A stretch of DNA of 64,000 nt, from NCBI GenBank assembly GCA_012295275.1, contig CM022678.1:14508001-14572000 (forward strand), given 5' to 3'. The translations under genes were made by a program, and so were the position numbers. The stretch's first letter is position 1. Each line of letters opens with the position of its first letter. Source of the stretch: Chrysomallon squamiferum. Lineage: Eukaryota > Animalia > Mollusca. This document shows, in pieces, positions 51,801 through 64,000 of the stretch. The notes below the pieces were generated by a model. It saw nothing but the letters and a program-made list of their open reading frames with translations. It ran no database searches and was not told the origin of the DNA.

Positions 51801-54800
51801 ACAGGTTTTCCTTGTTTCTACTGTGGCTGGTCATCATCATTAGAAGATGGCCTCTTAAAACATATGATAAGCCATGCACACACATACAACAAAGCAGCAC
51901 CTCTGTACTGCTGTGGTGTTGGTAAGTGCAAGTTTGGAACAAACCTCCTGGCAGACTACAAGAATCACATGGAAATAATGCATGCAGGCTGTACCTCATA
52001 CAAGTGTAAAGAATGTGACTACATGGCTGACAATGTCCAAACTCTAGTGCAGCATTTTGACAACAATTTTCTGCATGTAGTCAACTGCCCACACTGCACA
52101 TGTAAAGGGAGTGATCGAGGGGTGATTCTGAGACACATTGCTCAGTTCCATCCAGGAAAGGCAAAAATGGTTCAGGTGGCCAAACAGATGATATGCAAGG
52201 AACGCAAACAAAACAATTACCATGAAAAGCAGCAAACCAGAATTATTACGTCAAACATGAAAACTGAAATCCTTTCGGTCAATATTTCTGTTGTGAACAA
52301 TGACAGCAACCTTCAGACTAAACAGACCGACAGCATGGAAAAACACATTGAATCACCTAAGTGTGATCATTGTACTTTTGTTGCTAGGGATGCTCGTCGC
52401 CTGCAGAGTCACAAGAATTGTCACGGCTTGCCTCAGATTAAGAGACATCGCTTTCGCTGCATTTACTGCCCTCAGGGATTTGACGCAGCAACAAAGTTTA
52501 AAAGTCACATTGTTTGTCATCCAGGACTGATAAAATACTGGATTTACTGTTGCAAATACTGTGAATTTGACACCAACCAACGACATGTGATGTTAAAACA
52601 TGTGAAAAACAGAGATGATGGTCACATGCACAGTGGCAGTGATGAAGACATGTTTACTATAGTTGAGCAGATTATGGAAAGTCGAGTCTTAGAATGTGAA
52701 CACTGTAACTTCCAGACAAGACACAAGCTTCATCTTCAGATTCACTGTGAGCAACAGCACAAAGTGGTGAAGGCTGCAGCTCAGTCATCCACTGACTTAG
52801 CACCTCTCAATTCTTCTCTAAGCTTCAAAACACCAAGTCTAGTGTCTGCATACAGCAAGCAGACAAGAGGATCAGGTGGTCAGGTTCAGGAAAACCGTCT
52901 GAAAAAGTTTAAGTGTCCTCACTGCCAGTATCTTGTTCCTAAAGCTGCTGACTTGAAGCAGCACATGAAAAGACATGATTATTTGGGGAAAATATCCTTG
53001 AATATATTCCGTTGTAAATACTGCAGTTCCTCTTCTACAGCCAGAGATCTTGTTTTTGAGCACATCCGAGAGAAACATGCAGGAAAAGCATTACAGCTGG
53101 TGAGAAAGACTGTTAACATTGACACAAGTGGGACTGATAACACATTTTCTGAAACATCAGTTGCTGAAGCACCACTGTCATCAAATGATTACAACCCACA
53201 CAACTCAGCAATTAATCCTGTAATGCCGATCTCATCTTCAAACCCAGTGATAGACAGATTCCATTGTGAAACTTGTTCTTTCTCAACACCTAGTAGAGAC
53301 GTATTTGACAACCACCTTCTGCTGCACAACACTAAGGGAGGAGTTCAAGGGATGGCTTCACCTGATCCTGATGATGATTCAGATGAAGGAGATACTTCAG
53401 AAATTGATACAAAACCTTCTGCTGATAAACAGATAGAAGACGAATTTTCAGAAGATATGGAGAAAATCATTCAAGTGATTATTGTTCCTGACTGTGTAGC
53501 TGCTGACACCCTCACAGCACCAGTACGATGCCCACAGTGTTATTTTGCATCAGGATATAGGTCAGCTTTTGTATCTCATGTCAAATCTCTCCATCCTTTG
53601 GTAATGGTGATAATTAGAAATAATGGAGGTGTCCAGGAGGTTTCAGAATCTGGCAACATAGGCAAACCGTTTCACTTGCCTGAAGATCTCAATCCAGAAA
53701 TATTAATTATTCCAGAAAAACAAGTATTTTCTCAGTCTGTCAGTTGTCCTAAGTGTCCAAACTTTGTGACCTACTTCAGACGTAATCTTGTTCTCCACAT
53801 CCAGAAACATCACTCTGAAGTAACTGCCATGGGATACAGATCATGGAATGGCTGGAGAGGTGAGAATGTGGCAGGTACTTCACAAGGTCAGACACTGAAA
53901 TCATTGCAAGATGAGTCGTGTATTGTGGGATCTGGTAATCTCGATGAGAAGATAGGAATGCTGTATGAAAATTATGGAGCAAAGCAGAAATGTTTAATCT
54001 GTACATTAGAGAAATCCAAAAAGTACTTCATGCATATTCATCTGCTACGACATCTGGATATATGTTTGTGGAAGTGTGCTTACTGTGCATACAAAGGATT
54101 AGAAAAACACAAAATCAAGCAGCACATCAAGGAACACCATCCTGACCAGCCTGCCACTGTCACCTACCTGAATGTTGATATAGACAATAAAGTTGCAGAG
54201 TTTGTCAAACAGCTAGGCTTGAATAGAAATCAGACATTTCTTTCCAGCACTGAAAAAGAATCTTTCCCTGAAATTACCGTAGCATCTTCGCCTAAACTAT
54301 TATGTATCAGCCCAGACAGCAAAATGAAACAGGCTGGACCATTAGGTACTGCAGACTTGGATGAAAAGATTCGATGTCTTTATGAAACTGTATATAATAA
54401 AAGCAGATGTATACTTTGTAGCTGTGAGTTCACACGCAAGTTTGCAATACACAGGCATATTGTAACCAACCACCTGAAAATAGCACTGATAGGCTGTGGT
54501 TATTGCTCATTCACTGGAGTGGACAAACACTACATTACAGATCATATTCTGATGCAGCACCCAAGTAGTCCTATAAAAGTCATTGCACTTGATATAAACA
54601 TTCCACAAAAAGTGACTGAGCTGTTGTCATCGCCAAATCCTGGAAAGCGAGGCAGTGATAATGGTGGAGATTTAGACACTTCTGAATCCAAATCTCAGCA
54701 AGATGCTGATTCCACACCAAAAGCTTATTTCCTTGGAAAAGATTTGTTGGATCAAAAGCTGCAGTGTCTGTACAGAAAACAGCCAGATGGCTTCAAGTGC

Positions 54801-57800
54801 AAGGTATGTGAGTGGAAGTTTCCAAGGAAGTATGCTTGTCATAGACACATATTTCTGAAACATCTCAAACTCAATTTATTTGGTTGTGCTTATTGCCACG
54901 CAAAGGCAGTGGAGAGATACCTGATAATATCACACATCAAGGAAGCTCATCCTGGCAGCCCTCCACATGCTCAGATACTCAAAGTTGACATTGATAAGAA
55001 GATTTCAGAGTTTCTGGCCGAGAGGTCACAGGTTGCTGAGACACTAAGTAACATAAAACAGAACACTGATTCACACTCTGCTTCTGCAGATGAATTCTTA
55101 CCAGAGCAGAAACCTGATCTCGATGAGATCAATGGATCAGGTTCTGGAATGGTTGTGGCTCTGTTTGGCAGAAAGAGAAAGGACAGTGATACAGTTTTCC
55201 CATCTGTACTCAGTCCTGTTTCTCCAAAGAAACTGAAAACAACATGTAGGATGACTGATGTGACAACTAATATTAAAGTAATCTGTGTTGCTGAAGGGTC
55301 TCTGAAGAAATATGTGTGTGAAGTTTGTAGGTTTACATCGCTTCACCGGTCTAATGTGTACCGCCATGTCCTCAGAGTTCACGAGAAGTACAGAGAACAG
55401 GAGTGTCAGTACTGTGGCTACAAGACTCTCAGTGTGGTCCTCATGCAGCAACACATCGACATAGAACATGAATCAGAGGCCTTGTCAAGTAAAACATCTG
55501 AAGACAGCAAAGAAACAATTACTGTAAAGAAAGAACCAAATGAAGAAACCAAGTCGAGTGAAGATGAAGAGGAAGCCAAAGAAGTGAAAGATGAACACGT
55601 TTCTACTGAAGCTGACACATCTGTACAACACACAATAAAAACATACTGCTGTGCTTACTGCGACTACGAGACACAAACATCAGAAGACATTCTTAAACAC
55701 ACCAAACAGTTACACTGTCAGACAAAGGAGATCATTAAACCATCAACATCATCAGCCACAACACCAGCATCTTCTTCATCATCCAGCCCATGTTACAGCA
55801 AGCCAGTGTTAAAAACTAATGTGAAAAAAGGGATGTTTAGTGCTAATCAGTATCTGAGCTGTGGATATTGTTCATACAAATCTGCTTCTTTACCAGACAT
55901 CAAGTCTCACGCCAAGTCAGAACATCGCATTGAGACTGCTCTCATTGTGTCCCCGTATGCTTGGAAATACATCTGTAAAATCTGTAGTCTGAAAAACAGT
56001 GCTGCTGGGAAGATGAAAAATCATATCAACCGCCACATTGAATACCGCCCCTACACCTGTGGGTCCTGTGGAACCTCCTACTGCTCTTCAGATGAGTTGA
56101 GGAAACACATAAAAAACTATCAGCATGCTGATGAAATTCTCTACATCAAGAATGAAAAGAAAGAGAAGAAAGTAAGCCAGCTGATGGCAGACAGTCGGCG
56201 ATGTGCTGAGATGATCAACCTGGGGACACCATTTAATTTTGACTGTGATAAACAAGATGAAGAAAATACTACTAAAAAACATACAAGTCCAAAACGAATG
56301 TATAACAAGTCTCCTGTTAAGAAAATAACAAGTACATGGAAAACTGAGGTACTGGGAAACAGTGTCAAATTTAAGTTTGTTAAGAAAAAATCATCTTCTG
56401 GACAAAAAACGAAGTTCAGATATGCTCAGAATTGTCCATTTGCTAAGAGAGTACCTGTACGAGTAAGTGCTGATAAAAACACTACTTTGATGAAGAAGGA
56501 TTGTTACAGCTGCTGTAGATGTAACTTCACCACTGCAGTAAACATTGAGGAGGTTAAAAAGCACCATGAAGAAGTGCACACGGGTGAGGAGTTTCTGTGG
56601 CAGGACAGCAGGTTACAGGTCAAGTGTACAGAGTCAGGTAGAGTGGTCAGATGTCCGAGTCAGATGAAAATGCCACCAGTAGATGAACAGTTCACTCACA
56701 AACAGTTGAGTGGGAAGAGCACCAAATTCTACTGCATCCGCTGCGAGTTCTCCTGCTGGGTTCTCCAGGCCATCAAGTCTCATCTGAGAATGCACCAGCC
56801 TCGACGCTTTCTCTGCCCATACTGCAACATGAGATACCACAAACGGTAAACATTTTAAATTACAAAATCACCATATTAAATTACCTTCTTCATATTTGCT
56901 GGCTGTTAGTGTTGCTTTAGATCCTAATAATAAACTTTTCAGTTAGTAATTATTAAAAGGCTTTAATAATAAATGTCCTTTTAAAATCTCATAAAAATAT
57001 TGTTAGAATAGAATATATTCTTAATAATATTGTATCAGATGAAAATCACTTTTATTTTGAAAACGAAACTTTTCTTCTGTATCACTCTTTATCAGTAGTT
57101 AGTTGAAGAAAAAGACTGATATAGTGTTGTATTTAAAATGAGGTTTGATTTTAAACATTTCAGAGACAATGTAGACAAACATTTGGCCTCTATTCACCCT
57201 CACTTGCCAGTGTGGGTTGTACACATTGAGGAGACTGAGGACACTGTCTACATTGACAGCAAAAGTGAGGAAGAGGACATGGATGAATCAACAACAGAAG
57301 AGAAACCAGCTGTAGCAAAAACCAAAAAGAAGAAGCAAAAATCAAAACTGCTGGGACCGAAAACCAAACGACACCAGCGACTAATGGCTGAATATAAAGA
57401 ACTGACATCAAAAGGGCAACCACGTTAGTGATTAGTGATTTAATTTTTTAAAGAAAACTGAACATTTCACTAAACTAGAACAATAATAACATCTCTGATA
57501 CTTACTATTGAATTACATTATTTTAGGTGATTGTCTTTTATTCAGATAATTAGTTCTTGTAATGTGAGTGTTTAGATGTTTTGTTTTTTCCTTTAAACAT
57601 TTAATTGAATTTTCTTTAAAATTCTTTTTTTTAAAACAATATTTTTAAAAGAATTGTCCTTTTTTTTTTCAGTTCCTCTCCTGTTTATTTAAAAATATGA
57701 AGTACTATCCCAGTAATGTAATTTGATTTTTAACAATACATATATATATCCCTCTTAAAGTGACCCTGTCAGCATTAGGCAAACTATTAACATTTGTTGA

Positions 57801-58396
57801 TAAATGCTAATGTTAAACTTCTGCTTCCTGAAAAATATTTCTGGTAAGAACTCATTCAGAATTATAATGATTCTTGTAAATTATAAATAAACACAGAAAG
57901 GGGAAATAAATATAAATTATATAATGTTTTGAAGGCAAATTATTTAATCAGAATAGTAACTTACAATCTTAACTATCTGAAGCTGAAATATTTTCTAAGG
58001 TAACTCATCAGACAGTTTGACAAAGATTATTATTATTTACATACTCAGCAGATTTCTTGTTGCAGTGTTTGCAAGGCAACAAAATAACTCTCATAGTTTT
58101 TAATCTGCTGTAATGTAAACAAGTTGATTCAACAATAGCTGTTTTCTAATTTTATAAACTTGTAGACTTTATATTGGACTGATGTTAATTTTTATTTGTT
58201 TCTAGACTATTCATTTGTCACTTAAAAAACCACAGAACCTGATCTATAAAAATAAAAAACAGTGTATGTTTGTTTACAACTCATAAATAAATAAAATTAA
58301 GAGACTAATGAGCAATATCAAGACAAACAGATCAGTACTGGTATCACTTAACATAATTACCAAAACAAATTCAGCCAGTCTTCTTTCTATTGCTGT

Positions 58397-58432
<36 letters not shown>

Positions 58433-59687
58433 TATTTGCAACTATTAAATAAAAAATGGACAACACAGTACTAAGACTTTTGACCCATAGAATCTGATGG
58501 CTCCTAACAAGGCCAAGAATAGACAGAGAAAATTCCTTTTGCTTTATTTCAATCATAGTTTTCCAGTTTTAACAATTTTTTTTTTTTTACTTTGGAGCCA
58601 TGGTCGAGCTGTTTACATTTTTATAATATTGGGTTATGCGTCTCTGGATTCAAAGGTTACCAACAGTTTAGTATTAAGCTTTTGATGTGTTGTCTGTTAT
58701 ATTGATAAATAATCTACATAAAGTTAATGTTTTGTAATTGTTATTTCAGTGAGGAGAACCAGTCAGTCAGTGCTCTACTGTTGTAATCAGTGTAATTTCA
58801 CCAACGAGAGTCTCTATCTCTTCCGTCTGCATCTAGCAACTCATGGAAACTTCTGCCATCTTGTAACAGATCTGACCAGTGAATCACCACTCAAATGTGG
58901 CTTCTGCCCTTATGTTGCAGAAGATCAAACTGACTTCAGTACACATGTGGAAACCCACTTTGATATGAGGAACTTCAAGTGCGGTCACTGCAGCTACAGT
59001 GCATATACTAAAGCTCATGTCCGCTCTCATCTGGCTAATTTTCACTCAGGCTTTGAAGAAAAGGTCATTGACACTACATCACTGGCTTTAGCAGACAGCC
59101 TCAACACAAATATGCCAAAACTGGTTAATCTTGATCCTCAGGTAGTTCTGGATGACATCATGTACTTAGATGATGATGAATTAGCCAAGTTGATGCCTCT
59201 AGCAGATAATCCGCTTTTTGATTTTACCATTCCAACCTCGGCTCAGAGCCTTGTTAATGAAAGTGAAAACAATGTGGAGCAAGTGAAATATTTACTAGAA
59301 GATGGAACAGCTAGTGATGTTTTGTTGGTGTCGTCAACCTCAGAACCAAACAATGATGATTCGGTTAATCCAGACACTTCATCTGAAATGATTTGTGAGT
59401 CGGAAATGAGTACAGTAGATACCTCACATGAGTTTGAGCTGAATATCACTGATTCCAGTATTGTGATTGGGTCTGAAGATGTATCAGTGGACAATGAAAA
59501 CAAAATTCTAGAAGATTCAGATCTCTGTCACACAGAACACATGGATGACCTGTCACAAGAAAGGTCACCAGAAGACAAAATGGATGAGGTTGATGGTTTA
59601 TCCCACTCTGATGTACCTACAAGTTCTGGTTATGATGATCCTGGAAATGTATTTAATACATTGAATAGCTGGCTCAGTAACTCTTAA
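48856..59687 (+). CDS. Very large multi-C2H2 zinc-finger protein (~3060 aa); coding parts 48856-56845 (frame break near 49041), 57164-57423, 58750-59687
   Basis: Dozens of C-x2-C-x12-H-x3/4-H fingers. Junction cg|gtaaac (56845) to cag|a (57164) completes the finger CPYCNMRYHKRDNVDKHLASIH; c|gttagt (57423) to ttcag|tg (58750) is in frame; acceptor tttcttttacag at 48834 precedes the ATG. Confidence 0.9.
50910..51218 (+). repeat. Coding 36-bp minisatellite (12-aa unit QEIEENLSEHTS), about 8 units, 3 identical
   Basis: caggaaattgaagaaaatttgtctgaacataccagt at 50931, 50967 and 51003, with diverged copies flanking. Confidence 0.95.
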
Positions 59688-61854
59688 CGGTTCCACAATT
59701 TGCTTGACCTTTGACATTTATTGTGTTAACCATTTGGCTTGCAGTCCCTGAATTACCATGAACTGTAAGATGTTTAGAAATTATGTGGAATCCATAAATA
59801 ATAATATGTTAATAGTTCAAGTTCTGTTTTAAAAAATTCTTTTTAATGTTAAAATGTTCTAAGGAATTGCTTATTTTAAAAATCCAAGTTTCATTTTCCT
59901 TTGTTATTGTTCATTGAATGATTTCTTAACTGATGAAAGGCATTTATTTTTTTCAAAGTGTTTAATGGTTTCATTTTTATTATTCACACAGTATGAGAAA
60001 AACCATTAATATTATTTGTACTTTTACAGTATTTAGTTTTTACAATATTTGTTTTTTAAAATGTCTGAATTTAATTGTTAACATAGTTTTGAAATAATTA
60101 TAACAAATTGTTTATTAACAAAAACATTAATACCTTCAACTGTTTTTAATTATAATTTCTTGAACATTATTTTTTTTATACATTATTATGTATCATGACA
60201 ATAGTTATACATCTTTTTTCAGAAAGAATGCAGTTGTAACCATTAAAAAAATGTTATCAGGATTTTCTAATTAAAAAATACCAATAATTCTTTGAAGTTA
60301 ATTTATAAATAAAGCATATTTTGATGGTGTAGTTAACAAATTGACGTTTATTTTGAATAAAATAATTCACTTCAAAAGCATTTTTGTTTTATTGTTTGAA
60401 GATTTTGTTAATATTATTTTATCAGAACAGTGATTCATAGTGATTCAGAACAAAAATATTGTTTTCCAGTAGATTGAAACTACAAAAACAAATGTCACAG
60501 TAACTTGTAATGGTTCAGTTGATATAATCTATATAGATTCTGATAATTTCATTAGCATGATTATAATGTATCAAACAAAATAAATGCTGACATTTGTTTT
60601 ATAAAATTAAGTAAGCACATGCCATATATTTGATTTATAAAAGACCATTATACATGATGCCATGTTTTCTTCAATCTAAGCAATAAATAAAATATAGTTT
60701 ACAGCTAATTTTCATCCCACTCTCAGATTGTTTGTAAACATTTATTTTTTTTATCATGTTCCAGATATTACCAGATCAATGTGAGATTAAGATCAAAACC
60801 TTTATTTGTTTGATTCTGTTGTCAGTGAGAGTTATTGAAATGTTCTTAACAACATTTAAACATAAAACAAATTTAAAAAATGACTTGTCTAAAATTTTTA
60901 AAGCAGTGTAAGGAAAGAACAAGTTAGACCTTACTTGTCCTGACACAACTTTTTTATGCTGTAAGAACCACTTCACCAGACTCATGAATGTTTAAGATGT
61001 CACTACATTCATCAATTGTTTTCATTTTCTGTTTTATCCTTAATAATATCTGACGCTTTGTAAAAAATAAATGTACTTTTAAAATAAAACATTAGATTTT
61101 TCTTTTGTTCTTTCTTTCATTTATTTTTTTCAGACATCTTTTCTTCTTACATATATTCTTACAACATCAAACAATGATGTTTTATTTGAGACCTTGTTAA
61201 AAATACATGTACTTTTTTCTTTTTTTCTTTCTTGTCGACATTTAACACTGAACAGAGGACACTTGTTCTTTTTAATCACTGTGACAACATTCATTGTTGT
61301 CATTAATTTACAGAAAACAAGACTGTTTAATTTGTTGTTTAAATCTGCTCTATTATCAGTTTTTAAAAGAAAATATTTTTAAGTACATCTGGAATTATTA
61401 CAAATTTACCTAACAGTTTCCCACTTTTGTCTGACCAGGTTCCATTGTGGTCAATTGGTTAGTTCAGAAAAAACAGAACTCAAAATTTACTTAAAACATT
61501 ATTTTTTAATTTATTTCTAAATTATTTTTAAAATGACCTGTTAATATGTCATCATTTTATTATATCTTTTCTCATTCTTAATTTTTTTTTTTTTTTTTTT
61601 TCTCTGTCGTAAGTGTCTACGGATTTAGGTTACAAAGGCAGTTAGTAGATTCTAGCTGTAAAAGAAGTTCAGTCACAAATGGATTAATACAGTAATGAAA
61701 AACAAGTAACTTAACAATGTTACATGTATTTATTGTCTTTCTGCCTTGGTTCGAGTCCACAAGAACCCTTTCATATGTTACATACATAGATACATAGTCA
61801 ACTGTTTATATCCCAGAAACATACACAAAACAAAGAGTCAACAAAAACAATACA

Positions 61855-62067
61855 GTAACCATGGCAACAGGCTTAACATGAGGATATTTATCCAATAACA
61901 AACGGCCACTTTTACAGAAATTACAAATGTAAATTTCTGAGACAAAATATGTTTTAACAAATAAAAATAATTTTACTACACAGAGCATAGCACTTTTCAA
62001 ACTTCTAAACAGTACATGTTGCCATGGATTCTAAAAACATTTATCTAAACAGAACTTTCATGGCAAC
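61855..62067. promoter_or_regulatory. Cluster of three RFX X-box motifs
   Basis: GTAACCATGGCAAC at 61855-61868, GTTGCCATGGATTC at 62018-62031, ACTTTCATGGCAAC at 62054-62067. Confidence 0.6.
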
Positions 62068-62896
62068 TAAATAAAACTTTTTAAAATTCTTTATATATAT
62101 ATATATCTATATATCTATATGTCTATATGTATATATATATATATATATAGACAGATAGATATAGATTTTTATTTTTTCATTTAAAACAACTGGCCATATA
62201 AGCATAAAAATCTTGTATATTCATCTTTTTATAATTTTTAAGGCTTATAAAAACAACATGAATAAGAATTGTGAAATGAATGCACAGACTAATTTACAAG
62301 ATTTAAACATAATACTTAGATGTGTTATTTGGAGGTACTTTATCTCACCTGTTCAGTGCAAAATATACAACCCCTGTAACTTAATGATGACAGAAATTTC
62401 TGAGTTTTTCAGACTAATTATACAAGTTTTAAAATTTGTTCAAAAATGTTAATGGTGAAAACTTTCTTTTTACCCCTATTTAAATTATTCATTTATTATT
62501 ATTATATATTTTACTTTTTTATTTATTAATATTTTATTTATTTATTTTGTATTTATTGATATTTTGATTAGTTATTATTATTATTATACATTTATAAAAT
62601 TATTTATTAAAATTTGTTATTTGTTATTTATTGACTTAGAATTTTTGGTATTCTGTTATTTTACTAGCTAAAGAGGCTGTACTGTCATGAAAGTGATGAT
62701 AAAGATAACTAGGCAACAATATGTCTACATATCATTATTAAATAGTTTTCGACAAAATTAAAACATAAGTGAACAATTAGGCCATATGCTATTAAAATAT
62801 ACAGATACTCATTGACATAAAATATTAACACTAAGGTTAAAAATAAAAATAATTTCTATTTAAAAACAAAACATGAAGTGATGTACATGTGCGCTT

Positions 62897-62933
<37 letters not shown>

Positions 62934-63958
62934 ATTTTAAGATATTAATGTAAGTTTACAATAAAATTCTGGTAAAGAAGAAGATGGCTCTAAAAAGGTC
63001 AAATACTGTACCTCTATCAACATTCGTCACCCCCAAGTTATGAAAATAATTTATATATGAAATAGCATCCTTAAAATAGAAATAAAATGCAGCATCAAGA
63101 AGTATACTGTTTTTCCTTGTACTAACTATATGAAAGATAAAAATACTGTAATGAAGTCTCATTGATTTTGAAATGTTATTCAACAGTCCACCAACTCACT
63201 GGGTAGAGCATCAAGCTAATACAAGTTTCTAACAAGCTACTGTGTTAACACTCTTCTTGAGGCACTTCATATCATTTTGTGCATATTTGTTTTTATTACA
63301 TCTGTAAATGGCATGAACTCTGAGTTATGAATGTGAAATACTGATCTGCAGTTATCTCCTCTTTTTCAAACAGAGTTCTTTTTTTCTAAATTATTTAAAA
63401 CAAATATCAGCAAAAGTAGCTGACAACATCAATTTTCTTCTACTTAAGTTTTATTTTACATTTCTTTTTAATTTTGTAAAAACAAAAAGAAGAACTGTTA
63501 GTTTACTAAATTAACAAGAGATATTAACAAAAGCAACAGATAATAATTATAAATTGATTTTCATATACATATTAGTTTTAATTTTATCTTATTTTGTAAA
63601 AAAATGAAAAAAGAAAGAAAAAAGTAATATTTGTTTACTAAATTAATTATTGAAAAGAGTTATTAACAAAAGCAAATGGTAATATAAATAAACTTTTGAA
63701 TTTTCAATTTCAAAAAAGGAAACAACTATTTGTTTAACATGATTTAGAGGATCTACACAAATCACCAGTGTAAATTTTAAGATTGATTAATTATAACATA
63801 CTTTATCTTTCTAATTAAATTTTTTTCCTGACTGCTAGTCTTTTCTCAATGTTTATAAAATAATGGTTTCTGAATATTTTTTCTTAGACTACAAATTGCC
63901 AAATCTATAGAATACACTCTCTTCCTTTTGTACAATAATTGGCACATCATATATTCTC

Positions 63959-63963
<5 letters not shown>

Positions 63964-64000
<37 letters not shown>
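63964..64000. repeat. (CT)n microsatellite running off the window end
   Basis: Direct reading. Confidence 0.95.

Noticed and set aside
61740-63215. tRNA genes at GGTTCGAGTCC (61748) and CTCACTGGGTAGAGCATCA (~63196)
   Set aside because: Only a lone B-box or lone A-box-like segment each, with no cloverleaf; at most SINE relics.

Overview
AT-rich, microsatellite-dense animal genomic DNA with GT-AG introns, most consistent with an invertebrate, probably a lophotrochozoan such as a mollusc (inference). Genes reconstructed by hand: (1) a minus-strand ZNFX1-family SF1 helicase (~1945 aa) whose C-terminal RZ finger keeps its zinc ligands but lacks the catalytic Cys/His; (2) a plus-strand 8-coding-exon JmjC/cupin protein (~453 aa) with signal peptide, C-terminal HDEL and an H-x-H...H metal site; (3,4) two divergent minus-strand claudin/PMP22-like genes with the same exon architecture; (5) a spliced 56-aa micro-ORF between them; (6) an intronless 249-aa basic protein with three internal repeats; (7) a ~3000-aa multi-C2H2 zinc-finger gene with an 8-kb exon and an apparent 1-nt frameshift. 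The most interesting unexplained signal is a ~430-nt GC-rich, structured minus-strand segment (about 45616-46050), head-to-head with the zinc-finger gene. It has the layout of an animal telomerase RNA: template CCCUAACCCU, a template-adjacent helix, a pseudoknot with a U-rich loop, and an H/ACA 3' end. All structures and splice models were read by eye; no database search or folding program was run.
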